Shown here: in pieces, positions 45,076 to 54,636 of the stretch
Numbering within the stretch: position 1 is the stretch's first letter
Layout of the letters: each line of letters starts with the position of its first letter
IMG/VR virus record: IMGVR_UViG_3300021400_000789
Strand: one strand, 5' to 3'
Length of the DNA stretch: 64,000 nt
Source: an uncultured virus (IMG/VR IMGVR_UViG_3300021400_000789)
Taxonomy: Duplodnaviria; Heunggongvirae; Uroviricota; Caudoviricetes
Position numbers and translations under genes: made by a program
Notes under the pieces: model-generated
The model's input: only the letters and a program-made list of their open reading frames with translations
Databases searched by the model: none
Told to the model about the DNA's origin: nothing

Positions 45076-45145
45076 CGGGACGTAGCTCAATTGGGAGAGT
45101 ACGGGGGTGCCCGGATGGTTGCAGGTTCAACTCCTGCCGTCCCAA
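45076..45145 (+). ncRNA. tRNA-like RNA 4: anticodon arm shrunk to a 4-nt loop
   Basis: CGGGACG/CGTCCCA (C:A at 1-72), GCTC/GAGT, CGGG-GGTG-CCCG and GCAGG-TTCAACT-CCTGC. Confidence 0.7.
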
Positions 45146-45487
45146 AACTTAAACCGAAAGGAGGTGAAGCAGAAAGCATGTGGGATATTCAGGAATGTTC
45201 AATGGCTCTGATTCATTACGACAGCTACATCCTTCCGGCTCAAAGGGATTATCCGCAGACTGGATTTTTGATCGCGGAGTTGGCTTGTCGACGCATTGTG
45301 ATATGCGATTACGGCTAGGTGGTGCCTGCGCGGTGCCGTGAGCAATGAAATAACTGAATGAGCCTATATTGTTCAATACGGCATGGCGCGGGCTTCCCAG
45401 AACGAATAGATACCAGGGGCGGCTTGTGATAGCGAGCGCAAAATGCTAGAGCCGCCCCGTTTTGAGAGATAGAAAAAGGAGAAATGC

Positions 45488-45775
45488 ATGAATACGGCAA
45501 AAGGACCAAACACGACACTCGGCGGGATGCACGACATCCTGTTCAGACAGCTGGAACGGATAGCGAACCAAGACCTTACCGGGGAAGTCCTCGAGGAGGA
45601 GATGAGGCGATCCGATGCTATCTGCGACCTCACAAAGACGATCATCGATAACGGACGCCTTGCGATACAGGTGGCAAAGCTCCGCCAGGATGCCGCGTCA
45701 ATGGCACCGGAAGTCGACTACCTGCTCGATACCCCGCAGCCAAAGAGGTTGGGAAATGGCAAGAAAGTGGTCTGA
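45488..45775 (+). CDS. Hypothetical phage protein
   Basis: LFRQLERI..EEMRRS..IIDNG; AAAGGAG RBS. Confidence 0.7.
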   Translation: MNTAKGPNTTLGGMHDILFRQLERIANQDLTGEVLEEEMRRSDAICDLTKTIIDNGRLAIQVAKLRQDAASMAPEVDYLLDTPQPKRLGNGKKVV

Positions 45776-46400
45776 CGAAGAGATCGAATTTATCAGGGAG
45801 CACGCAATGGAAATGCCGTGCGCCGAACTTTTGAAACTTGTCAACAACAGGTTCGGCAAGAACTATTCTCTTGAACAGCTCTACCGTGTAAAAGCCAGAT
45901 GCAGGATCAAGAGCCTGAACATAGGATGTTTCCGAAAGGGAATCCGTAACAGCCCTGCGACTGAGTTCAAGAAAGGGCATGTCCCTCGTAACAAGGGTAC
46001 GCACCCACCGACGGTTGGGAGGATGGCAGAGACCCAGTTCAAGAAAGGGAATATACCTCCCAACCACAAACCGGTCGGAACTGAACGCATAAGTTACGGA
46101 AAGATACAGCTCAAGATAGCAGAGCCGAACAAGTGGGAGTGGCTGGCGACGCTGATCTGGCAGTCAGTCCACAAGAAGGCACTTCCGGAAGGCTGCATCA
46201 TCCGTTTTGCGAATGAGGACATCACGGATTATTCCCCGGAGAACCTTGTCGCGATCACCAAGGCGCAGAATGCAGTCCTGAATCATCTGCATATCCATAC
46301 GTACGACGCGGACAGCCTGAAGGCAGCCCTGCTCATATGCGATCTTAAAATGCAGCAGTCAAAAAGAAAGAAAAGGAGAAACAAAAGGAACAATGAGTGA
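45756..46400 (+). CDS. HNH-endonuclease-like protein (degenerate)
   Basis: Repeated FKKG motifs, PVGTER, KIAEPNKW and ENL. Confidence 0.65.
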   Translation: MARKWSDEEIEFIREHAMEMPCAELLKLVNNRFGKNYSLEQLYRVKARCRIKSLNIGCFRKGIRNSPATEFKKGHVPRNKGTHPPTVGRMAETQFKKGNIPPNHKPVGTERISYGKIQLKIAEPNKWEWLATLIWQSVHKKALPEGCIIRFANEDITDYSPENLVAITKAQNAVLNHLHIHTYDADSLKAALLICDLKMQQSKRKKRRNKRNNE

Positions 46401-46842
46401 AGCACAGAAGCTACAGCTGAGGGTCAAGTACAAAGACGGAGTAGAACCGATGGTGAGAGCCAATGACGGAGAATGGTTCGACCTCCGCGCGGCCAGGGAA
46501 TATGTGCTTTTCAAGGGAGACATCATAAAGATCGACCTTGGAATAGCGATGGAGCTTCCTGCCGGCTATGAGGCGATGATAAGGCCGAGGAGTTCCACAG
46601 CTGAGGAATACGGGATCATGCTGGCTGACAGCGGAGTCATTGACAACCGTTACAACGGAGACAATGACTGGTGGAACTTCGAGGCGTATGTGATAAGGCC
46701 GGGAGTGATCCATAAGAACGACAGGATATGCCAGTTCAGGATTCTCCCGGAACAGCCGAAGAACTACATGATGGACATCCAGACGGTGGACTTCCTCGGT
46801 AATGAGGACCGCGGCGGATTCGGCAGTACCGGAAGGAGGTAA
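46393..46842 (+). CDS. dut: dUTPase (trimeric type)
   Basis: FDLRA, PRSS, GVIDNRY, RICQ and RGGFGSTG. Confidence 0.92.
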   Translation: MSEAQKLQLRVKYKDGVEPMVRANDGEWFDLRAAREYVLFKGDIIKIDLGIAMELPAGYEAMIRPRSSTAEEYGIMLADSGVIDNRYNGDNDWWNFEAYVIRPGVIHKNDRICQFRILPEQPKNYMMDIQTVDFLGNEDRGGFGSTGRR

Positions 46843-46844
46843 GT

Positions 46845-47081
46845 ATGTGGGATATCGTAAAAGGTATGGCGAGCATGTTCGTATACCAGCTGATCGGGAT
46901 CCTCTTCCTGCTGTACAAATGCACGGACGCATACGGTGAAGGGAAAGCCGAAGTCAAGGACATCATCCTCTGGCAGTTCTTATGGCCGATACCGGCAGTG
47001 GTCGGGATCCTCATGCTGCTCTTCAATACGGGCAGGAACATGATCAGCGCCCTTCCGAAGAAGGGGGACAAGGGAAAATGA
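46845..47081 (+). CDS. Small membrane protein
   Basis: Two hydrophobic segments; AAGGAGG RBS. Confidence 0.6.
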   Translation: MWDIVKGMASMFVYQLIGILFLLYKCTDAYGEGKAEVKDIILWQFLWPIPAVVGILMLLFNTGRNMISALPKKGDKGK

Positions 47082-47194
47082 CAACGATGATTTCATTCGC
47101 GATCGGGCTTGCCGCAGGGTGTGTCGTTGGATCTGTGATCGCTGTAGTGCTGTATGTGGACCGCAAACGGAAATGAAAGAAGGGAACCAAGCCA

Positions 47195-47857
47195 ATGAGA
47201 GCAGAACTTAAGGAACTGAATACAGATCAGCTCCGGGATTATGTGATAGATCTGAAAGGCATCGAGAACGCGCAGGACTGGAAGAACGCGAAGCCGGTCA
47301 CGCTCATGGAGCTTATCGAAGAGGCAATGGCCAATCATCCGGAAGTGTTCTGGATCGTCGAGTACTCTGAACCGGGAGATGTACTGGTCGAACCGGAAGA
47401 TGTCCAGATTGAGCAGAAAAACAACCAGATTGAACAGGAAAGTGCTCAGGACGAGCAGGAAGCTGCTCAGAACGAACATGAAGTTTTGCAGGATGTCACA
47501 CCGGAACCTGAGCAGGAGCCTGCACAGGAAGTTGTTCAAATAGAGTCGGAAAGCGCCATTGTTGGACAGGAAAGCGTCAGTATCGATTCTGCAGAAGGAG
47601 CTGAGCCGGAGAAATCTTCGGATATCCTTTCCGGTAACTGGACGGAATATGAAAAGCCTGCAAAGCACAAGTCGATTTCCGATCTCGGGGAATGGGCTAA
47701 GTACCGGGGACGGGCACTGACCACATCCGAACAGAATTATGTCATCAAGGGCATGAAAGATGAAGGATACTCGTTCTCAGTCATTTCCAATGTGGTGCGG
47801 CTGTCAGTGCCGACAGTCAGTAGCCGGTACAAGAAGATGACTGGTAATGCTGACTGA
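47195..47857 (+). CDS. Acidic protein with C-terminal HTH
   Basis: EGYSFSVISNVVRLSVPTVSSRY. Confidence 0.65.
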   Translation: MRAELKELNTDQLRDYVIDLKGIENAQDWKNAKPVTLMELIEEAMANHPEVFWIVEYSEPGDVLVEPEDVQIEQKNNQIEQESAQDEQEAAQNEHEVLQDVTPEPEQEPAQEVVQIESESAIVGQESVSIDSAEGAEPEKSSDILSGNWTEYEKPAKHKSISDLGEWAKYRGRALTTSEQNYVIKGMKDEGYSFSVISNVVRLSVPTVSSRYKKMTGNAD

Positions 47858-48025
47858 TCAGGAAAGGAGAGCAGATGAGCGATAAAGCAGCGATCATTGT
47901 GATCGCAGTAGTGGTAGCGGTATTTATCATCCTGTTCATGTTCGGCGCGGCAAAGGTATCGAAAGAGGCAGACGCCAGGGAAGACGCATGGCTGCGTGAA
48001 GAATGGGGAGACGAGGTGGAATAAG

Positions 48026-48445
48026 ATGGTTGAAAAGAAATGCGATAATTGTGACAATTCGATAATTTTAGAGCCGAATGGACCGTGTGAGACATGCGAT
48101 GACGATCGGTGTAACTGGAAACCGATTGGGACAGATGCGGTTCCGGACGATACCGCACCGGATCCTGTAAACCATCCTTTGCACTATGCAGACAACTGCT
48201 CCCTTGAGTGCGCCGACGTCATGCTGATTGCATTCGGTGTGGAAGGCTTGAATTATTTCTATCTCGGCAATGCGTTCAAGTACCTGTGGCAGTACAAGTA
48301 CAAGAACGGTGTTGAAGACCTGAAGAAAGCACAGTGGTATCTGGACCATATCAAAGCAGGATATCTGCAGGTCGGAGTAGACGAGCAGTATGAACACATG
48401 AAAGACCTTCTTGCTGAACTGAAGAAAAAAGAGGGCATTGAATGA
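48026..48445 (+). CDS. DUF3310-like protein
   Basis: DPVNHPLHY..GNAFKYLW..KNGVEDLKKAQWYL. Confidence 0.8.
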   Translation: MVEKKCDNCDNSIILEPNGPCETCDDDRCNWKPIGTDAVPDDTAPDPVNHPLHYADNCSLECADVMLIAFGVEGLNYFYLGNAFKYLWQYKYKNGVEDLKKAQWYLDHIKAGYLQVGVDEQYEHMKDLLAELKKKEGIE

Positions 48446-48457
48446 CGGGGGTGCGCC

Positions 48458-48898
48458 ATGTATGAGAACTTAGTGATAAAAGACCGTATCGCCAGGAAGA
48501 AGCACACCTGCGACTTGTGCGGGGAAATCATCGACAAGGGTGAAAAGTATGAATATCAGAAATTCATCTACGATGGTGCTTTTTACGAGTGGCGTTCACA
48601 TCTTGCATGCAGCCGCGTGAGTTCCGCGATCTGGGATTATGCGGATCCGGATGAAGGGATGAGCAGTGATGAGTTTGATTCGACCTGCGCGGATGTATGT
48701 GGCGAGTTCATCTGTCCGGACTGCCCGAAGTGGAACAAGGAATACGGTGAGTGTGAAGAAGACCTGTCGTACTGCATCGACAGGATGGACGAGTTCTTCA
48801 AGACCCACGAGCTGTATCGCTGGAAAAGAAACGGTTACGTCACCTACTGGCGCTGCAGGGAAAAGCAGGCAGAAAGGAGAAACGCAGAAAATGAGTGA
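48458..48898 (+). CDS. Cys-rich hypothetical protein
   Basis: ARKKHTCDLCGEII..GEKY. Confidence 0.7.
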   Translation: MYENLVIKDRIARKKHTCDLCGEIIDKGEKYEYQKFIYDGAFYEWRSHLACSRVSSAIWDYADPDEGMSSDEFDSTCADVCGEFICPDCPKWNKEYGECEEDLSYCIDRMDEFFKTHELYRWKRNGYVTYWRCREKQAERRNAENE

Positions 48899-49286
48899 CG
48901 GAATACAGCTGATAATCAGGGAAGGCGGTGTTGCTGAGATCTACGATGACACCTACGACCTGACGATCCACTGTACCAGTGCGGATGAACAGCGTGAGAT
49001 TCTCAGGAAGATGAATGAAGCGTTCAATCCGGAGAAAAGAACAATTTCGCAGGATCAAGAAAACGAACTGCTCGGGAAGATCAAGGTCGGGGCTTTTTAC
49101 CGGCACTTCAAAGGTGGCCTGTATATGGTGACCGGATTCGCGAGACACACGGAGACCATGGAAATGCTGGTCATCTATAAGGATAAGCACGGGAAGAGAT
49201 GGGCGAGACCGATAGCAATGTTCTGCGGTATGGCCGGAGACGTCCCGAGATTTACGGAGGTTGATAATGGAAGACTGGACCTGTGA
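48891..49286 (+). CDS. DUF1653-like domain protein
   Basis: YRHFKGGLY..ARHTET..VIY..WARP..MF. Confidence 0.75.
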   Translation: MSDGIQLIIREGGVAEIYDDTYDLTIHCTSADEQREILRKMNEAFNPEKRTISQDQENELLGKIKVGAFYRHFKGGLYMVTGFARHTETMEMLVIYKDKHGKRWARPIAMFCGMAGDVPRFTEVDNGRLDL

Positions 49287-49382
49287 TGGATGCAAGTATA
49301 AGTGTGTGCCGATCCACGCAAATCCGTGCTGTAATTGCGTAGACGGTAGTAAGTACGAGCCGGAAGAAAGCGAGGATGAGTA

Positions 49383-49571
49383 ATGAAATACCGCACAGCT
49401 GATGGAGTCGAATTCCATGTACTCCCACATAATGCGCGGTGTCAGTACGTAATGACACATCCGGACAACTTAGACAGTTGCCCGATATGCAACTTTGATG
49501 ATGACGGCGACATCTGCGTTCCGGAATTATGCGACTACTACGATGAGGTCAATCCAAGAGAGGTGGAATGA
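49383..49571 (+). CDS. Small Cys-rich protein
   Basis: ORF in operon. Confidence 0.55.
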   Translation: MKYRTADGVEFHVLPHNARCQYVMTHPDNLDSCPICNFDDDGDICVPELCDYYDEVNPREVE

Positions 49572-49778
49572 ATGATCAAAGAATTGAAACCCTGCCAAAA
49601 ATGCAGATCTGATAACGGCCAGACTGTCGGAAGGGTAAGGCTTGGGAACCGCTTTGTGAGCGCCTGCGACTATTTTGTCAGATGCGACGATTGCGGATTC
49701 ATGGTCCGTGGGTACATCACAGAGGGAGCGGCAATTGCTGCATGGAACGAGCTGGAGAGGGAGAAGGATGAAGGCTAA
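49572..49778 (+). CDS. Lar-like (restriction alleviation) Zn-finger protein
   Basis: ELKPC..C...VRCDDCG..AIAAWN. Confidence 0.6.
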   Translation: MIKELKPCQKCRSDNGQTVGRVRLGNRFVSACDYFVRCDDCGFMVRGYITEGAAIAAWNELEREKDEG

Positions 49779-49968
49779 AAAGAAAAAGACCCCAGCCGGC
49801 AATACAGCTGAATCGTACGACATCCCGGAATATGTGATCAGGGAGATCGAGACCGAATACAAAAAGGCTCAGAAACAGCCCTTGGTCAAAAAACCACTTG
49901 CGTATGCCTTGTATCAGGTCTGGAAAGCCCACGACAGAACGGAGGTGAGCAGAAATGGATACTATTGA
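49768..49968 (+). CDS. Hypothetical protein
   Basis: Coupled ORF. Confidence 0.55.
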   Translation: MKAKKKKTPAGNTAESYDIPEYVIREIETEYKKAQKQPLVKKPLAYALYQVWKAHDRTEVSRNGYY

Positions 49969-50428
49969 GAAACCGATGGATAACTTCCAGACACGGCTCA
50001 GGACCGCGATGCAGATGAGGAACATGAGCGTGAGCACGTTGTCCAGCAAGTCAGGTATATCACAAAACACCATCTATATTTACCTGAATCCGGAAAAGTA
50101 TCATCGGGAATCGTGTCCGGGATCGAATAACCTCGAAGCTCTGGCCGTGGCGCTTGACGTCTCAATGGACTGGCTATGGGGCAGACCGGTGGCGCTGATG
50201 AGCTGGATCCCTACCAGCGAGAGATTGCCGGAAGATATGCAGTTTGTATTATTAACCGTACGGAGATTGAAGAATGAATACAATCCCGGGCCTTTCATAT
50301 CTGTCGGATATATAGGATGGAATCATCAACATTGGTGGTGTGCGCATGATGGAGATTGCGAAATTAGCAAAGTAGAAGTCCTCGCATGGATGCCACTGCC
50401 AACACCCTACAAACCAAACAACAAATAA
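49955..50428 (+). CDS. XRE HTH fused to DUF551-like domain
   Basis: HTH followed by WIPTSERLPE...AWMPLP. Confidence 0.75.
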   Translation: MDTIEKPMDNFQTRLRTAMQMRNMSVSTLSSKSGISQNTIYIYLNPEKYHRESCPGSNNLEALAVALDVSMDWLWGRPVALMSWIPTSERLPEDMQFVLLTVRRLKNEYNPGPFISVGYIGWNHQHWWCAHDGDCEISKVEVLAWMPLPTPYKPNNK

Positions 50429-50442
50429 AGGAGAACAAAATT

Positions 50443-51048
50443 ATGAGCAAAACAATGAAAACAGTATTTATCGTTATGGCAATTATCATCGCTGCACTGG
50501 CCTGCACATGCGAGACACAGGCTGCAACGGTCAAGTACGCAAAGAATGTCAGCGATTTCAATTACAGCCACCGTTACATTCTTGAAGCTGCGGAGTACCC
50601 CATGTCGCAGACAAAAAAGATTGACGGCTGGGTTGCCACACCGGACGCAGACGGATGGATGAATCTCAAAAAGTACACGGCAAGCACAGCGGACTCCAAG
50701 CATCAGATTTGGTATATCGAAAATTGGGTATATGACTACGATATGGGAGAAATGACATTACCGACCTATACCATAACTAATTCAGACCCTTTGCCGCACT
50801 GGTCTAACGATTTTATGGGGCGAGCGGTCACATACACATCCAAGGGTTTCTACCGTCAGAAGGAAATCTACGGAGAGTTTGGCACGATGTATGAGCACTG
50901 GAACAGTCCTGCACAGCGATTCAAGATCGTCAAGGTCCGCACTGATGCAAAGACGGGCAGAGTGATTTTCAAGTTCGTGAACGTGAAATCCGGCAAGGCA
51001 ATGTGTGCGGGCGGCTACGCATTCTTCTATGTGAGGATTGTGGAATGA
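50443..51048 (+). CDS. Secreted protein, possible ricin-B/beta-trefoil fold
   Basis: Signal peptide ending TQA-A; HQIWYI, AQRFKI and FVNVKSGK. Confidence 0.55.
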   Translation: MSKTMKTVFIVMAIIIAALACTCETQAATVKYAKNVSDFNYSHRYILEAAEYPMSQTKKIDGWVATPDADGWMNLKKYTASTADSKHQIWYIENWVYDYDMGEMTLPTYTITNSDPLPHWSNDFMGRAVTYTSKGFYRQKEIYGEFGTMYEHWNSPAQRFKIVKVRTDAKTGRVIFKFVNVKSGKAMCAGGYAFFYVRIVE

Positions 51049-51252
51049 CAGTACTAATCGTATTGATCCCGCTCGGTATCATGTTCGGACTGATCGTCAG
51101 GGCGGCAAAGAAGGCGCCAGACAGACACATAGATTTGATGGTCATGCTTCAGGACAGGCATACAAGCCGGATCGTCGACCAGATCGTAAGAGACCAGGTC
51201 AAGGCGGCAGAGGCATTTCACGAGGGACTCATTCAAGGGATGGAGGACGCAA

Positions 51253-51597
51253 ATGAAAAATATAGAGGCGGCACAGATCATTGAAGGCATCGAAGAGGTG
51301 CATGGAACGCTGCCTGAGGATGGGCTTCTGGTAGAGGAAGCCCTCCGCATGGCGGCAGAGGCGTTGCGCAAGAGTGACGGGATCGAGAGACCGAAGTCTA
51401 AGCCTGATATAGACATCACTGATGCTGTATCCGGAGACAACCTCAAAGACATTGTGGGAGCCTTGAAAGAATTGCTCATACAATGTCTCATGACAGAAAG
51501 AAACGTGGCTGAGGTCGAGTGGGAGTACGATAACGGCATGGCAGTCATGGCAAAGGTTTCTTTCGAAATAAAGATGGGAGAAAGATGCGGCTCATGA
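51253..51597 (+). CDS. Hypothetical protein
   Basis: GGAGG RBS. Confidence 0.65.
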   Translation: MKNIEAAQIIEGIEEVHGTLPEDGLLVEEALRMAAEALRKSDGIERPKSKPDIDITDAVSGDNLKDIVGALKELLIQCLMTERNVAEVEWEYDNGMAVMAKVSFEIKMGERCGS

Positions 51598-51753
51598 AGA
51601 GAGTGGAATCATTTACCAACGTTCAGAAGGCGTTAAACGAGCGCTCCGGACCAATAGCGACAGACATTTGCCTGTTGGTATTACTCGAAGAGATCGCCGG
51701 CAGCCTTGCAGTGATCGCGGACGTACTTACGGAAGAAAAGGATGGTGAACAGA

Positions 51754-51966
51754 ATGGCGGAGATTAAACTAAAAACCTGTCCATTCTGTGGCGGCGAGGC
51801 AAAAGTGTTCAAACACAAAAAGGCTATGGCGTCATTTGGAACATTGTTCTCGTACGAGGTTGAGTGCGCATACTGCTTCTGCAGGACGGGGAGGTATCCG
51901 TCAGAAGAAAAAGCGGTAAATGCGTGGAATCGCAGAGAGGACGGTGAGAAGCATGACGTATATTGA
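51754..51966 (+). CDS. Lar-like restriction alleviation protein
   Basis: LKTCPFCGGEA..VECAYC..AVNAWNRR. Confidence 0.75.
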   Translation: MAEIKLKTCPFCGGEAKVFKHKKAMASFGTLFSYEVECAYCFCRTGRYPSEEKAVNAWNRREDGEKHDVY

Positions 51967-52291
51967 ATATATTAGGCAGATGACCGATGGGCAACTTGCA
52001 CATTTCATCAATGGATTGCAACCCGAGATTGAACTTTGGATGATCTCCATGGAAAGAGCATTGTCATATTGCTATAAGGGACCTGACGTATACCACGGGC
52101 TTAACGGTGATGCAAGGAGTCTGATGCATATCATGTATAAAGATTATGACCTTGAATTAAAGCGTATCAATGACAAATATAATCCGGGGCATCACGTTCC
52201 GTGGGAAGATGAGAAACATCCGTATGTGGGGCGGCACGACCATGAATTAAAGGATGGTGAGAATCATGTGGACAATCGAACAAGCGATTAA
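51953..52291 (+). CDS. Hypothetical protein
   Basis: Coupled ORF. Confidence 0.6.
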   Translation: MTYIEYIRQMTDGQLAHFINGLQPEIELWMISMERALSYCYKGPDVYHGLNGDARSLMHIMYKDYDLELKRINDKYNPGHHVPWEDEKHPYVGRHDHELKDGENHVDNRTSD

Positions 52292-52547
52292 GCATTACGA
52301 GGTCCTCGCTTCCAGATTAGAAGATATTTGCATGAAGCCCGCAAGCGAGTATCCAAAGCAAACAGCCGAATGGCTCCGTGAGCTTGTCTGGCGTCGTAAA
52401 CTCCCAGAGATTATCTACTGCATGTTTTGTGCAAATAGAGTATGGAACCCAGATACCTGCAAATTTCATTGTGGATTATCAGGTTCGATAAAAACGGATT
52501 ATGAGTTCTGCTCTGATGGGAAACGAAAGGAGGATAAAAACGAATGA
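52266..52547 (+). CDS. Hypothetical Cys-rich protein
   Basis: AEWLREL..C..C..FCSDG. Confidence 0.6.
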   Translation: MWTIEQAIKHYEVLASRLEDICMKPASEYPKQTAEWLRELVWRRKLPEIIYCMFCANRVWNPDTCKFHCGLSGSIKTDYEFCSDGKRKEDKNE

Positions 52548-52765
52548 TAGGCATTTTGCTTATAATCCTGAGCGTGATTTTTCTCGCCGTGCCGGTTACA
52601 GCGACGCTTTACTCGAAGTTCGGATATTTCAAGAGATTCTACCACGACATTCTGAAATGGCACGAGCCGACGGATGAGTGCTGGTGGGACGGATGCACAG
52701 TTCATTCCAAATGCAGGTATTGCGGCAAGGAGATCATGCGTGATTCGCAGGGGAATTGGTTCTAA
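52544..52765 (+). CDS. Small membrane protein with Zn motif
   Basis: TM segment + CRYCGKEI..DSQGNWF. Confidence 0.6.
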   Translation: MIGILLIILSVIFLAVPVTATLYSKFGYFKRFYHDILKWHEPTDECWWDGCTVHSKCRYCGKEIMRDSQGNWF

Positions 52766-52871
52766 TCCGGAAAGGAAAACAGATGGATGATAATACATTC
52801 TATATAATCGTGCTTATTATCTTCTGCATATACAATTATTTCTTTAGCCGATAGTGACGGAAAGGAGCCTG

Positions 52872-53657
52872 ATGGAAAGAGATGAGTTAATAGATCTGCT
52901 CACACAGGAATTATCCGCAGACCCGGATAATTGCCGGCTGAACCGCATCTTGGAAGCTGCCGACCAGTATGCCGAACAGCTTGTAAGCGAGAGCATCGAC
53001 AACTATAAAACGGCAGTAATTGATTCCATCATCAATGCAATCAATTCAGTTGTAGTAATGTCGCACACTGGACCATGGAAACCAGGAGAGGAGCAGCTGA
53101 TCATGCGGGAGGTTGATGAGTGGGAAGCAGAGGAAGCGCGAGAGCTTAGTTTGGGCGAAAGGATATCCATGTACCTTGAGAAAAGAGGAATGTCGCAGAA
53201 GGATCTGGCCAAAGCAGCCCACCTAAGAGAAGTAACGGTATCACGGTATATATCAAATACGCGGATCCCGAATGCGAGTATCTTGCTGCAGATCGCAAGG
53301 GCGCTCAACGTGTCGACCGATGAACTGTTAGGAAATGAACAGTCAAGTAGTTCGGATGTTACCGACACTAATGTCGGGAAGACGCAACTTTCCGAAAAAG
53401 ACACAACTGACGCAATCTACAGGAAAGATGCAATTGAAGTGGCAAAGGCACACTGGTACAAGCCGGATATTGCACAAGCATTGGCAGAGCTCCCGCCGGC
53501 ACAGTCACCGCCTATTTCGGAAGCGTACGCGAAAGCAGTAAGAAGCTGGCTGGTCAATTACCAGGTCAAACTAGCAAAGCTGCAAGGCAAATACACACCA
53601 TATGAGGTCCTTGGATGGGTAGTAAGCGATTGGAGGAAAGAAAATGAAATCTGGTGA
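52872..53657 (+). CDS. Mosaic protein with internal XRE HTH
   Basis: GMSQKDLAKA..VSRYISNTRIP..IARALNVSTDELL. Confidence 0.75.
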   Translation: MERDELIDLLTQELSADPDNCRLNRILEAADQYAEQLVSESIDNYKTAVIDSIINAINSVVVMSHTGPWKPGEEQLIMREVDEWEAEEARELSLGERISMYLEKRGMSQKDLAKAAHLREVTVSRYISNTRIPNASILLQIARALNVSTDELLGNEQSSSSDVTDTNVGKTQLSEKDTTDAIYRKDAIEVAKAHWYKPDIAQALAELPPAQSPPISEAYAKAVRSWLVNYQVKLAKLQGKYTPYEVLGWVVSDWRKENEIW

Positions 53658-54045
53658 GATGGACTTATTGAGTAAAAAGGCGATATTGAGCCTTCCGAGA
53701 GACGTGGAGAAAAGTCTTGACGGGAAAATTCTGGACGAATACATCAATGTGAAAGACATTGAAGGTCTTCCGCCTGTAGAGCCGGGACAGCAGTGGATTT
53801 TGTGCGATGAAAGAATGCCGGAAGAACATGAATGGATAGGGACAAAAAAGTTCGGTACAACTATATCCGATGAAGTCTATGTCACATTTGAGAATGATAA
53901 AGGCGAGAGATTCTGCAATCACATGACATTCCATAATGGAGAACTTAGTCGTTATGACAAGGCTTTTATGGATGCTTGGAATAAAGGCAGTAAGCCTATT
54001 GCATGGATGCCGTTACCAAAGCCGTTCGAAGGAGGTACCGAATGA
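53644..54045 (+). CDS. DUF551-like protein
   Basis: WILCDERMPE...IAWMPLP. Confidence 0.7.
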   Translation: MKSGEMDLLSKKAILSLPRDVEKSLDGKILDEYINVKDIEGLPPVEPGQQWILCDERMPEEHEWIGTKKFGTTISDEVYVTFENDKGERFCNHMTFHNGELSRYDKAFMDAWNKGSKPIAWMPLPKPFEGGTE

Positions 54046-54449
54046 GACCGATCACGAAAAAGGATGTCATAGATATGCCGTCCGCACTGAACAATCAAGT
54101 GAATCTGTGCGATAGCTGTACATACACATATCCGGAGTGTCCAAGCGAAAAAGATGATGTAATTTTCGGGAACGGCATCGGAAACGACAATATTTGTGCT
54201 TGCAACAAATATCAGCCGACTGTCCAGCCAGTTGCGACCGACACAAATGTCGGGAACAATTCTGAAATTCCGAACAGTTCGAAAGGTCATTGGATATTTG
54301 TCCACCCGTTGCAAGAAGATGATACAGGAGCTTATATGTGTTCGGAATGTAAAGTAGGGAATTTTGAAATTGATCCGGAGAGAGATTTTATCTGCCCGAA
54401 TTGTGGGGCAGATATGAGAGGTGAACAGAATGAGGTACGTACACCATAA
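54042..54449 (+). CDS. Zn-ribbon mosaic protein
   Basis: KGHWI..CSEC..CPNCGADM. Confidence 0.7.
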   Translation: MRPITKKDVIDMPSALNNQVNLCDSCTYTYPECPSEKDDVIFGNGIGNDNICACNKYQPTVQPVATDTNVGNNSEIPNSSKGHWIFVHPLQEDDTGAYMCSECKVGNFEIDPERDFICPNCGADMRGEQNEVRTP

Positions 54450-54636
54450 CAAATGCGATGGTGGATATGCCATTGAGGAAGTTGACCATAACACGTACTG
54501 CCTTGGTCGTGCTGATTCATACTACGAAGATATTGTGCTTGTGTCGGAATGCAAAAGGTGTCCGAGATTGATTTATAACAATGAGGACAAGATAGATGAA
54601 TACATAAAACAGGCGGAAAGGAGAAACGATGACTGA
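54430..54636 (+). CDS. Small hypothetical protein
   Basis: Coupled ORF. Confidence 0.55.
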   Translation: MRYVHHNKCDGGYAIEEVDHNTYCLGRADSYYEDIVLVSECKRCPRLIYNNEDKIDEYIKQAERRNDD

